Origin: Trichosphaerium sp. ATCC 40318 | Lineage: Eukaryota; Protista; Tubulinea | Length of the DNA: 64,000 bases | Direction: 5' to 3' | Assembly: GCA_038496445.1 (NCBI GenBank) | Contig: JALMLS010000376.1 | Span: 434,001-498,000 of the forward strand | In this document: positions 38,829 to 51,100 of the stretch, in pieces | Layout of the letters: each line of letters starts with the position of its first letter | How positions within the stretch are numbered: position 1 is the stretch's first letter | The notes under the pieces: generated by a model | What the model was told of the DNA's origin: nothing | The model's input: the letters and a program-made list of their open reading frames with translations, nothing else | Database searches by the model: none | Position numbers and translations under genes: made by a program

Positions 38829-39644
38829 GTTGCTCCGTTGTTGTGTGGTTGAATAATTGAGAAAAGGCGGATTAAACAGTATGGAAAACTCGCTGTTTTT
38901 CAACAATGATAACAACCATACACCAGTATTTGAGAATCCGTAATGTATCTGGTTGACTGCCAAAACAACATCGGAGGCAGTTCCGGAAGTACCGGTTCAA
39001 AATGAGAAAATGAAATTGCAAATGTTAACCAATTGACCAACGTTCTAGAATGCCCAACCTGGATACTGGCATAACGCATCATCCTTACCAAAGCATTCTA
39101 CGGAGAAAACAGGCAGGCAAACATTTTACTGTGCAGCTTTTTACAGTTTTCCTTTTTTTAGTACATTTTGCAGACAGTAATAGGTACACAGCATTATTGT
39201 ACCCTTCACAAAACACTACGACACTATTATGTAACGTAGAAGGCATGAACTGGTTGTTTCATAACCCTGAAACCGATCTCGATTAAAATCACGTTTCGGC
39301 AACCGAAATACGCCTGAATAATCCGGAAACGCTATGAAGTTGTATCGAGAACTGTATTCACTAGATTTAAAGGGTTTGGTGAGCAACGGTTCGTAAAATA
39401 TTGGACTTTGTTTCTCCCTTTTTCCCCAAAGAAGGAAATACACTAAAAATGCAAATCAATTCTATTCTAACCACGCCGTTACGCCAACTAAGAAGGATAC
39501 GTCTTCAAAATGGATTTGTTCAGAGCGTTATAATGTTTCTCCGAGTACTCTACATTCTTGGTTATCGGCCTGCAAACTGCGCAGTATATGCGTACGCACC
39601 ATTAATATCTACAACCAATACAACACGCAACTCTTCTGCTCAAA

Positions 39645-40148
39645 ATGCCTATCCTATCATCCCTCAACAACAAGACGAAACAACCTACCTCCCAAACCCT
39701 CGAGCAATTTGCGCGTAAAGGATTAAAGCATAAAACAGTTCTCATGGTTCTAAAATCGACGGTGATACAGCTTGGCGCGTTACATCAAGCAGGATATGCT
39801 TACACGCACATTGATGGACAAAACATAAAAGTCCACCGAAAAGAACACTGCCTAATGCTCACTGGTTCGCTCAACAACGACAAGAACACCGGATACAGCC
39901 CTCTGGGACTTAAAGAGCAAAAAAGAAACGATATTCACCAACTCGGATGCTTGGCTACCTGGCTCACCCTTGGAGGCGAATTTGATTGCGTAAAAACACT
40001 GGACAGGCACCAACAACTTCTTGCTTTGAAAAAAACTCGAGCATCGGCCACACTCCTCAACTTTGTATCTGCGTGCTTTGACGAATCCACAACGACGCGA
40101 ACCCTTTCTAGCGCACTCGAAACTGTACATGTTAAAAAGATAAAATAA
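39645..40148 (+). CDS. Degenerate kinase C-lobe-like protein (pseudokinase or remnant)
   Basis: QLGALHQAGYAYTHIDGQNI (subdomain VI-like), NDIHQLGCLA (IX-like), LLNFVSACF (XI-like); no N-lobe, HRD or DFG. Confidence 0.55.
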   Translation: MPILSSLNNKTKQPTSQTLEQFARKGLKHKTVLMVLKSTVIQLGALHQAGYAYTHIDGQNIKVHRKEHCLMLTGSLNNDKNTGYSPLGLKEQKRNDIHQLGCLATWLTLGGEFDCVKTLDRHQQLLALKKTRASATLLNFVSACFDESTTTRTLSSALETVHVKKIK

Positions 40149-40269
40149 AAAAAAATTAATGTAAACAACTTTGCAATCACTTCAATAAGTTCTTTCAGTC
40201 TTTAGATTATATATAATTGAATTGGTACGGAAAGTGTTGTGGAGCATTTCGGTTTTAATTTCGTACGTA

Positions 40270-40883
40270 TTACTTGAGGCTGTTGATATTGCTTTTCTTT
40301 ACTCGCATGGTTGCTAAAATACAAATGTTTACAAGTTGCTCTACTAAGGAGGCTGATGTCAGCTGTTCAAATTGTCTTCACATGTCTCTTCAAGCGTCCA
40401 CTCATCTCAGGAGACCTTAGAAAATGCAACTACCTCAGTTGTGACTTCACGTAAAAGAGGTAGCTTAAGGACATTTGATATCCAGTGAGTACAAGTTCAC
40501 TTTTGTAAAAGTCGTTGAAAAGTAAAAATTAACCAGTGTTGCAATTGTAGTCAGAAAAGTAAACTACAACTGAGTATTGGCTACAGCTGATAAGAAAAAA
40601 TGCCAATTTTCGCCAATTAGATTTATTTCACAGCCGGTGCAGTGTTGTTACCGGTCCTTACCATCGCGTGCAATTTGACATAAAACTCTTTTCAGTGAAA
40701 ATCCCTTATTCGTAAGTACTGTAAGCTAATGCTTTGTATCTTTTTACCCTGGGTAAGCAAGCTACAAAATGATGCGATTTCTTCTTCGGTCTTTAAGGTA
40801 GTCAATTTTATACTCGTGTTGATTGCTTTGTTGTACCCTGAAGAGAAGTCACCAAAACGCGTTTGAGAGTCCCTGCTACTCAT
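40270..40883 (-). CDS. Possible short hypothetical gene
   Basis: MSSRDSQTRFGDF...FCSLLTQ followed by a GT donor; downstream exons could not be assembled. Confidence 0.3.
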
Positions 40884-41035
40884 AATGCGCGTAAACAAGA
40901 CGCGGCGTAATGCAATAACTCTTCTACCTTCGATATACGTACCTGAAGAAGACTCTACGGACACTGAGCCTAGGTACAGCCAAATGTGCACTTTCTTCTG
41001 ACAAATATGGCCTGTTGTTACCCCTTTTTGCGCAA

Positions 41036-44000
41036 ATGGCGTCAGCACCACCTACTCCAACCAAAAAACGTAGATCACGCTCGCTACGGTCACCTTCCTT
41101 TCGATCGTCAGTTTTACGGCGTTTTATCCATTCATAACTACTGCTTAGGCGTAAATCTAATGATTCTGGTAAGGGTAAAGCATCAAGGTACAAAATTTAC
41201 AAAAGCCATTGTCTGATCCGAAACGTAGAAAAAAAGCTGCTTTGGATAACCAGACGTTGATAGTACGCCAAATAAGTAAAAAAGAGCATTTTAATCATAT
41301 TTATTGCAGATTCTATCACCCAGTCTTTCAAGAAGGTAAACGGACGTATAAATACATTAACGTAATCAATTTAGATGTGAGATACTTCATATAGCCGAAC
41401 CTGAAGCAAAAGCCAATTATAATATTAGCATCACACTCCTTTATAACGACAAGGGCGACAGTATCCCTTACGACCGTTCTTTTTCGCCTGACGTATGTAT
41501 TTTTAAGGCTTTTAGTTTTTTCTATCAACGTGACCTTGCACGTGACTCAGCAAACTAAAAAAAACTCAATACAAAACAAGCTATTAATTTAGAGTTTTTA
41601 CCAATTGCTTTGTTACTAAACACTTTATGAATTAGGAAAGAGTATCAGCTGTTACAAAGGCGTGTATTGAAAGGCTTACGAAGAAAATAAAGTTCTGGAA
41701 GAAGGTAAAGTAGACCATAAAGTGTTTAGCGTAAATAACTGATGAGGAGTTACATAGAAAGCAAACTACGGCTTGTTCCTATGTCCTAATGATGGTAAGT
41801 TATTTATTTCTTCGTTTCCGCTCCATGTGGCGTTAAAACGCTTGAAATTATTTTATAGTGTGTCAGCTATTAATACATTATTACGTAGGTGTCAGTGATG
41901 AAATTCAACTTCAGGTAGTTCCTTTATTTTCAGTAACTTTTTTTTTACCATGATTTAATTGTTCCTCCAGAAAAACCTTCCGTTGTGGAAATATGACTTG
42001 AATGAGACAAGTGGGTTTGAATTAGAGTTTAAAAAAATACCACCAGAAGATGCTTCATCAACAGACTCCTTCATGTGCATAAAGTATAAGGAATCGTCTA
42101 CAAAGCATTTTCTGATTAAGTTACCGCTCGAACATGAAGGAAATCCAGTGTCAGTACAATACGTTGCAGAACATGTTAAGAAAAGGTTCAGTATTACTAT
42201 ACCTACTGGAGACTCTTGGAAATATTATGGTCTTTACTTGTATAAACAACGTGGAGGTTTATTTATGGGACTGACCAAGAACTTACTCGACCACCCAATA
42301 GAAGACATGGTACCAATCTTTTCACCTTTTTTTCTATCTTCGTGTCTGTTTTTAAGACTTTCATTTCCTTCTACTATAGCTCGAAGTTATGTTTTTGACG
42401 TTTATAAGTGAGATTGAGTTTTTGATTTAATTTTCTGGTTAAAGCCAACTCTGTCTCTTTTTTTTGCTATCTAATTTCTTTGCTTGTTAGGATATTATAT
42501 CGTTTAGAAGACGTATGATATATGAGATTACAACGTATAAAGTACCAGATTATACAAGGAGGTCATTGGCTACTACTTTCCTTATAATTAATCAACACGA
42601 CACTATTGTTGCAACAGTCAATGCTATACAAAAATGGATGTACCCAGAACAAAGTTCATTTCCAGAAGGTTACGGTCTAATGTACGCATAATATACATCG
42701 TATAGAATAATGACACGAGTATAATAGGATGACTACTGCTGGTGGTATTAAGGCTTGGCTAATGAAAGATGAACTTCTTTCTAAATACACACTTAATGTT
42801 GGAGATATTTTAACTTTGGCACGACGAGAAGTTGTCTCCGGTGAAGCTGGTGTTGGATCTGATACAACTGCTAACGATGTTCAATTGATCGTGACATATG
42901 CACCTTGTGCGTAGCATCATATTCGCTCTTCCCACTATAGGAAGCCTAAATCAAGTTAACCTTTTTTTCCTACCCATGATGCGTATCTTTGTTAAATTCA
43001 GTTTTAGCGAGAAAAACAAAACAAGTCGGATCATTCCATCAGTTTTACCATAAGAGAAAGAAAAAGGCAGATATTATCGTTGGAGAGATGATTGCAATTA
43101 CAATTGACAGTGTGTTGCTTGTTGAAACGGAAAATAATAGGATTGTTGCTGGGGATGTAAGTGTTTCAAACTATAGAATTATCTACCTCTACTGGGACGA
43201 AAACTGCAATGTACGCTTCTTAACACAACACATAAAAAGTTTTAAACGTTGTATAGCAAGAAAGTCAAGAATCGATACCTCTGTCTTGTATAAGTACGTC
43301 AATTTTCTTTTGGTGTTCCGAACTTTTAATGATGTTTTTTTTTTGTTTAACTTTGTTTTTTAGGTAGAGTTGATAAGATTGGTTCAAAGTCAAAGTGTGA
43401 GCTTGTTATACACTGTAAAAACTTTAGAAAGTGCTTGTAAGTATAGAGAGATGATATGATACTATGTAGCTAATTGCAACGTAAGGTTTCGATTCGAGAA
43501 TGACAGCATTAGAGGAAAGTTGCTAAGTTTGTTGGCTAGCTTTGTTCCTCCAACAAAACAATGCTTATTTGCTCCATATAATAAAGAATACTCAAAGGAT
43601 TGTTCATTCAACGGATGGAATGTTTATCACCCGGAGACTGAATACACTCGCCTTGGAGTTGGTAAGTGATACACAAACGCAAATCGTCGTTTACAATATT
43701 TTGTCAAGGTACTGTCAACAAAAAGTGGAGGGTATCATACATCAACGCTAACTATGGACTTGTCCCTTCATATCCACAAGTATTGGTTGTCCCAAGCGCC
43801 ATCACAGACCCGGAAGTAAGGTAAGTACAAGAGAAACCCGATAAATCAATCGATTTAACACGCTTTTCAGGAAAGCATGCACTTATAGATCGAAAAACAG
43901 ATTCCCAGTTCTCAGCTATCTTAACACGAGAAACGAAGGAGTAATATGCCGTTCTAGCCAACCTATGGTTGGGTCAATAAGTAAACACTCATCATTTGAT

Positions 44001-45582
44001 AGAATGCTTGTGGAATGTATACGCGGTACCCACTTTGGTTTTACCACGTGATTGTAAAAAATGCTCACAAAATTTAAAAATAGAGGCCAGCTCAAACACT
44101 CAACGTGTGTTATATTTACTTGATGCTAGACCGTTCTCAAATGCTGGTATGTTTCAGATTGTAAGGGGATGTTTAGTTCTAATATCTGATACTACTAGTC
44201 GCGAACATGGCAGTGGGTGGCGGATACGAAAAAGTTAAAAAGTATAACAATTGTGTTCTCGAATTTTTGGGCATTGACAACATACACGTCATGAGACAAA
44301 GTTACAACAAGCTTCAGTCTCTTATTGAGTCTGGTAAATGTGATGGATCAACTTATCTGGAGAAGCTCGCTGCAACTGGTACATAGTAGTGGTCCGACTA
44401 CAACTCATACTCATATTTTTGTTTAGGATGGCTTTCACATATTCAACTATTACTCTCGTACACGCTCACAGTTTTTATTTCAATATTAATATCTAACGAT
44501 GGTAAAGGTGCTCTAGAAAGATAGTTATGCGGATAGAACATGAGGCAGCAAGCATCCTATTACATTGTTCAGACGGATGGTACTTTCTATTTTTGCCTTC
44601 GTCTGGTTTGCGCTTTATCTAATGTAAATAAGGGACCGCACACCTCAGTTATCTTCATTGGCTATGTTGATGTTAGATAGTGAATATAGATCCATGAAGG
44701 GATTCCAAATTCTGATAGAAAAGGTAACTTGATAGGTCAAGAATGTCAATCGATTTTTCTGACTTTGCTTTTTTTAACAACAGGAATGGGTTTCTTTTGG
44801 GCATAAGTTTTTTATCCGTTATGGCCATGATACTGAACTATCAGCGAGTGAACACTCGCCTATATTCCTTCAATTCATAGTACGTAAAGTTCCACAAAAA
44901 CCTTGAGCGTTGGTTCATGGTCACTTTTTGTTCTAAAACGATTACGTAGGACTGTGTATGGCAAATCTCACAACAATATCCATGCGCTTTTGAATTTAAC
45001 GAGTTATTTTTAATAACAATAATTGACCATATTTACAGCTGTAGATTTGGTACGTGTTTAAAACAAAGAGGAAGACCAAAAAAAAAACAAGTTTTTGTTT
45101 CCTTCTTTTTTCTGTTCTCCATCCTGACACATTGTGACACTTTTTATTTTTAAGGTACTTTCATTGGTAATACTGAGAAGGAGCGTCTTGACGACTACGT
45201 ACAAGAAAAAACAGTTTCCCTATGGAGCTTCACTAACGATCCTGAAAATGTTGAAAAATATCGCAACCACTTTTATGAAAGGGATAATTCTTGCCTCTAT
45301 CCTGAACCAGCGATGGAGAACCTTCAACTATGGAAAGGATACTTCCATAGGTACACTAGAAGGAAAAAGAATCGAATGGATCCTGGATGGAAGATGGACC
45401 AATTATTAAAGCAGAAACGACGCTTAAGAAAGACTGTAGCTGATCTAGAAGCAAAAATACGCGCTTTAACGCCAGAACCTAAAGCTGAAGAAGAAAAAGA
45501 CGCTACACCAACAAAACCAGACGGAAATGACGCGGTGCCATGCGCCCCACCAATTGTATGGGTAGAGGATGTAAATGAGTAA
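41036..45582 (+). CDS. Myotubularin-family phosphoinositide 3-phosphatase with extended N-terminus (start uncertain)
   Basis: [53 protein letters not shown], catalytic LHCSDGW|DRT, IEK|[22 protein letters not shown]-terminal coiled coil. Confidence 0.92.
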
Positions 45583-45908
45583 CTTTTGTACACGGTAGTG
45601 GTATTGTTAGTTTCGGGGATATTGGAGTGTCGGGAACGCTTCATATTACATGAATCTTACTCTTCTACGCGTTGGTATCTTTGTTGAAGTATTTTAATCG
45701 GAGCTTCTATTCACAATGCGTTCCACTTAAGCCTGTGCCGCACAGTTTCTGGCAAATGCCAATCTTCCTCTAGACGCTATCTAGATGGTTCAAACAAAAA
45801 AAGGCTAACAGGTAGTGACCGACAGTGGGGCTAAGTTGAAAAAATGGTTCTTTGAACTCAATTCTAAACAAGTAAAGCGGATATCTGCAGTTTTAGTAAA
45901 CACCAACC

Positions 45909-47358
45909 ATGGAACCACGCATAACAATAAAATCAAAACTAGTCGGAAAGAACGACCTTAGAAGAGTTACAGTCTCAAAAACAGGTCTCGACTTTAAACT
46001 GCTTGTAAACAAACTTGCTTCATTGTACAACTATGAAGATATCTCCAACGCCACTATTAAGTACAAAGACCCTGAAAATGATAAAATTACAGTACGCGCT
46101 CAACGTTTACATATAAATCACTTCTCCTTATTAACCCACGCCCTAGATTGCTTCAGACGAAGAGCTAAAGGAAGCTTTGAACCTTGTTGGCGATGACAAC
46201 ATCTTACGTGTGTTTATTGTCCTAAAAAACAAGGAAGACGCGCCAGCCAACGTATGTACACTTTTATCTATTGTGTTTGTGTAATCTAACATTAAAATAC
46301 AGACTGCCACATTTGCAGAACGTTTGGAAGAAGCAACACGCGAATTGCTCGAAGACATTGGCAATCCTGCTCTCGAAGGTGAAATTCGCCGTTACATTGA
46401 TGAAGTGACCCAACACCTCCCTCCTTTCCTCTTGCGCTGCCCAAAGTACGTTTTTGATGACGAAATAAAGAATTTTGAACTAACGAACTTTTTTTGTAGA
46501 GCTGGCCGTCGCATTGCACGCATCTTGCGCCGTCGCGTATTCCAAGCTATGAACAACAAGGCATTAAGATTGTTGGACTCTAAAGCAGTCGAAGACTTGA
46601 CCCTCGGCCGCGATCTCTTTGCCGCTCAAATCAAAATCTGGCCTGGACATTCAGTTACTATGTACAACCTAGCATGCGCTGAATCTCTCCTTGGTAACAA
46701 GGACATCGCTTGCGCCTATCTCAGAAAGAGCGTAGACTTGGGTTATCGTAACGTAGCCCACATGAAACGCGATACCGATTTGGACAACATCAGGTACGCT
46801 TTAGTCAGAAGACAAAATTTTGATCTTTCGCCCAACTTTTTTGTAAACTGGTTTTACCATCTATTATTATTGATTCTTACTGTTCTATTTAGAAACGAAG
46901 TGTTGTACACTCAAATCATCTCTGAGCTCGAAAACGGAAGCAACAGAGGTTGCCGCAATCGCCCTCACTTTCGCTGTGGCGGTAGAGGCCGTGGTGGAAG
47001 AGGCCGCGGATGGCGTCGTCATTGTCGCAAAGCCGATGACGCTGTTGCCCCAAAAGAAGAAGTCGCACCAAAGACTGAAGCTGTTGTCGAAGAACCAGTT
47101 GTTACCGAACCAACAGTTGCAGAACCAGTCGAAGAGCCTAAAGAAGTCGAACCAGAAGTTACCGTAGAGGATGTCGAGGAAGAAGAAGAGATCCCTGCTG
47201 GTATCACCCAGTCCGCTGTTGATACCGCAAAGGACTTTGCTCGTTGCTTGGAGAGCTTGACCGCTATGGGTTTCTCCGACAGAAGAAAGAACATTGAAGC
47301 TTTGGTTCACTCTCGTGGTGACCTCACTGGCGCTGTTCAATTCTTGATTGCTAATTGA
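45909..47358 (+). CDS. PB1-TPR-like-UBA protein (p62/NBR1-like adaptor)
   Basis: PB1 (ITIKSKL...DLRR...IKYKDPENDKIT|IASDEEL), YNLACAESLLG...LGY...DTDLDNIR, acidic linker, UBA (LTAMGFSDRRKNIEAL...GDLTGAVQFL). Confidence 0.85.
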
Positions 47359-48125
47359 GCAAAAACTCCTCCATCGAAATGAGGAGAAAAAGGGCTAATC
47401 ACACTCAGTAGAGCATAGCTCCTGGTGACCCTTTTTACAGCACCCATCAACAATAAATACTTTTTTTATCCTTTGGAAATAACCGCCTTGTTTTTTTACC
47501 AGCTGTACAGCGTCGATAACTCGCCGACAACGCTTAAGTCATTTGAAGCATCATGTCAATGCTCACGTCATATTACACCCATTTTAAAAAGGTATTTTGT
47601 ATGCTTTTTTGTGGTTATTGTTATTTGTTACATCAACGCCAAAGTATATTACGTTAATTATTTTACTACTGACATTTTAGGAGGTAAAAAAACTCAAAGA
47701 AAACGTGTGGCGAAACGGCGTTTTTGTGACTATAATTGCGTCTGAGATGCGATGGTTAGGAGACAATAAACCTTACTTCTTAGTTAAAAACACCCTTACG
47801 CAACACCAACTAAGTTTTAGTACAGCTTTGCGGCGTGCTGTACTATTAATCCAAGTTTTTGCTGTCATTCTAACACAACTATGTTTTGAGATTTTTTTGG
47901 GTTTTACAAAGAAAACGTCCAAAGTAGTGAACAACTAACTCAAAGTGTTCGTCTATGTAACGGACCACAGCATACCCTAATGAGCGTTATTCTTATATCA
48001 CATTAATGCCTTTACACTAAACACATTGCCGTGGCTCGCTTAATCTCTGTTAAAAAATATTGCGCTCTGAAGAAGCAAGACTCACATTTTTTTATATTTT
48101 CAACACTTGCCGAGATACGCTTGAG

Positions 48126-51100
48126 ATGAAGCCTAGCAGCCTTTCACTCCTGCTTGTGATTTCGCTTGTATCTTGCGCTCTGGCACAGTTTAGACCGCTC
48201 TCATTACCCCCTGCTCAAAGAGAAGATTTAGCAGTTGCCACATGCAGGGACGTGCCAGAAGGCGGTCCAATCGTCGCTATCGTGGGTACGGATCTTAATT
48301 TTGTTCAGCCCTAAGTTGATAATCACGTGATTATGACCAAGAGCCGTATTTTTGAGTAATACAGGTGTTAACGGCTCAAAGTGCTTATTTGGCGCCTGAG
48401 TATTTTGGGTTTTTTTTTCAAATCACGAACCTTTGATATTGTATTCTCGAGTTGGCTTTTTCTACTTCTTTCGGTTGACGTTATCCACTAGACGCAAGAA
48501 GAATGCAATGCGACGCCCCAATGCCTCCAGGGGACCCTGTACTTATACAAAATTGGAATACTTCCATTTATCATGGAGAGGTAAGCGTCATAAGAGACTT
48601 TCTTCAACACCGATCCTTTGTGCAAACTTCCAAAATAATTTTTTTTTCTATTTTCTCGAAACTTCTAATTTTTCGCCTTAGGACAACGTCTTATGGAATA
48701 GAACAGCATTTGACAATAACTTAGTATTTGGTATTGCCTTAGACGAGGTTTTTAACATCTATGTTACATCCACATCAATCTGGGGGCCAGAGTTTGCCAG
48801 CGGTAATATTTTCCGTATTGATGGGCAAGATGGAAGTGTTTCTGTATTTGCGACTCTACCACAGCTAGGCGGTACAAATTCTGGTTTGGGTAATATTGCC
48901 TACCATCAAACAGCCAAGAATTTTTACGTCACGAACTTCTTTGACGGCGCAATTTATCGCCTAAACGCAACGGGCGGTATTTTAGACACATATCTCCCTT
49001 TTGGTGATGCAAGGAGTACTCCTGGTGCACCATTTGCTGACCAAGATAAACTACTTTGGGCTGTTCAAGTTAACCACGATGAAAATCGTTTGTATTTTGG
49101 TACGTAGATCGAAACGTGATTGTTCACCAAAAAAAAAAAAAAAAGCTCCACCAGGTTTTTTTTTGGTTTTCCTTTTTTCTTGTTTTGATTCTTATGTCAC
49201 ACCATAGGTACCAGGTTTGAAGATGGTAGTATTAGAGCTGATGGTGTTGGTCCTAATGCTAATCGCGTATATTCTATATCTCTAGAAACGTAAGAAAGAA
49301 CTTTATTTGATTGAAATCCTATATCATCTCTTTCTAATCTTGGTTTGTAGAGACGGTAGCTTTACAAATAACAGCATGAACTCTACATTGGTAGAAGAAC
49401 TTATTCTAGAAGAATTTGACCAAGCTCTTTGTGAAAGCGCTTTGAGTTGTGCAGATTCTCGTACGTTCAAACTAACTGCAAAAATATGTTTTTTTAGATT
49501 TAATTTACTTTCTAGCTATTGGTAACTGTGATTGTGATTTCACTATGCCTATATCTGATATCGCGTTTTCCGCCAACTTTAATACTATGCTTATATCAGG
49601 CACGTGATTAAACACGTGATTTGAGTGTAATTATTAACTTTTTTTTCGTTTACAGAAAAATCTATGAACGATGTTTTCTCCACTGTGGCTCACTTGGGAA
49701 GAGTAATACAGTACGCTGGAGCAAGTGGTAACTGGTCAGAAACAACGGCACAATTCGAGGCAGGATATTTTGATAATGAACGTCGCTCGAACGCTGGTGG
49801 TGGTGTAGATTACTTAGAATGTCTCAGTACGTTTAAAAACCTGAAAGAAAGAAAATAGTTTCATTCTTGTAACTTACTTTTTACGACAGGTGAAACAGAG
49901 TGTGCCGTGAACACAAGTGTGGCAGTATTCACAGCTGACGCGATTCTCGTCAGCCCAGGAGAAAACCTATACGGTCTTCAATTCACCAGAGCTGATACTG
50001 GCGGTGGTGTAGGAGATTCTTATGCACTTGACCTAGATGGTGACATAGGCGATACTTTTGATAAACGAAATCTTGGTGATGTAGAAGTTATGCGTGGTTG
50101 CATAGTATCAGGTACAAAAAGACATGCCATTATGTTTCCCTCTATTTACATCCGTAGCTTCTGGTCCAGGTGCTCCAGCAGCTCCAGTGCCTCCAGTAGC
50201 TCCAGTGGCAACTCCACCTCCTACAACTGCTGCACCTACAGCACCTCCAACTGAGGCTCCCCCAACAGCACCTCCAACTCAGGCTCCTCCAACAGCTCCA
50301 CCTACGAACGCTCCTTTTGCTCCATTTTCTCCTACAGAGGCTCCATCTAACGCTCCTGTGCCTGTCCCTACAGAAGCTCCATCGAATGCTCCTTTCCCAC
50401 CACCTACGGATCCACCTACAAACGCTCCTGTTCCTGAGCCGCCAACGAATGCCCCGGTTCCCCCAACAGATGCGCCTACTGATGCACCAACAGATGCTCC
50501 GGTAGCTCCTACAGACGCTCCAACAGATGCTCCTGTAGCTCCAACAGATGCTCCTGCAGCTCCAACGGCCGTTACTGTAGCTCCTACAGACGCTCCTGTA
50601 GCTCCTACTGGTTCAAACGACAGTACACCAACTGGAGTGCCTGTGGGACCCACTGTTTCTATTGGTAACATCATCTTTAACGATATTAACGGTGATGGTG
50701 ACCAAAGTAAGAACACATGAACATAAAAAACCCAATCGTATTTGAGGTTTATCCTTCTCTATGGCGAACTAACTTTGTTCTTTAGCCGGTGACGATAATA
50801 TTCCTCTTGTTGCTACAATCGTTCTATTAGACGCAACCGGTACTATGGCTCTTGGAGGAACTACGACAAACAATGAAGGATTCTACGAACTTGATGATCT
50901 TGAGCCTCTCACGGACTACATCATTTGTGTTGATTTCACAATTTCTATGCCACTTATGGGCGTACTAAGTCCAGCATTTGCAACAAATGATACTGCTACT
51001 GATTCTAATGGTCAACTCGCAAGATACAATGTTTTTGGATTTGTGGGCAGAGTACGACTTTCTTATGAATGATCACGTGTTTTTTTTTTTCGAAATGGAA

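Noticed and set aside
40924-41193. Minus-strand 89-aa ORF
   Set aside because: It is more simply the antisense of the probable first myotubularin exons ([13 protein letters not shown]...).
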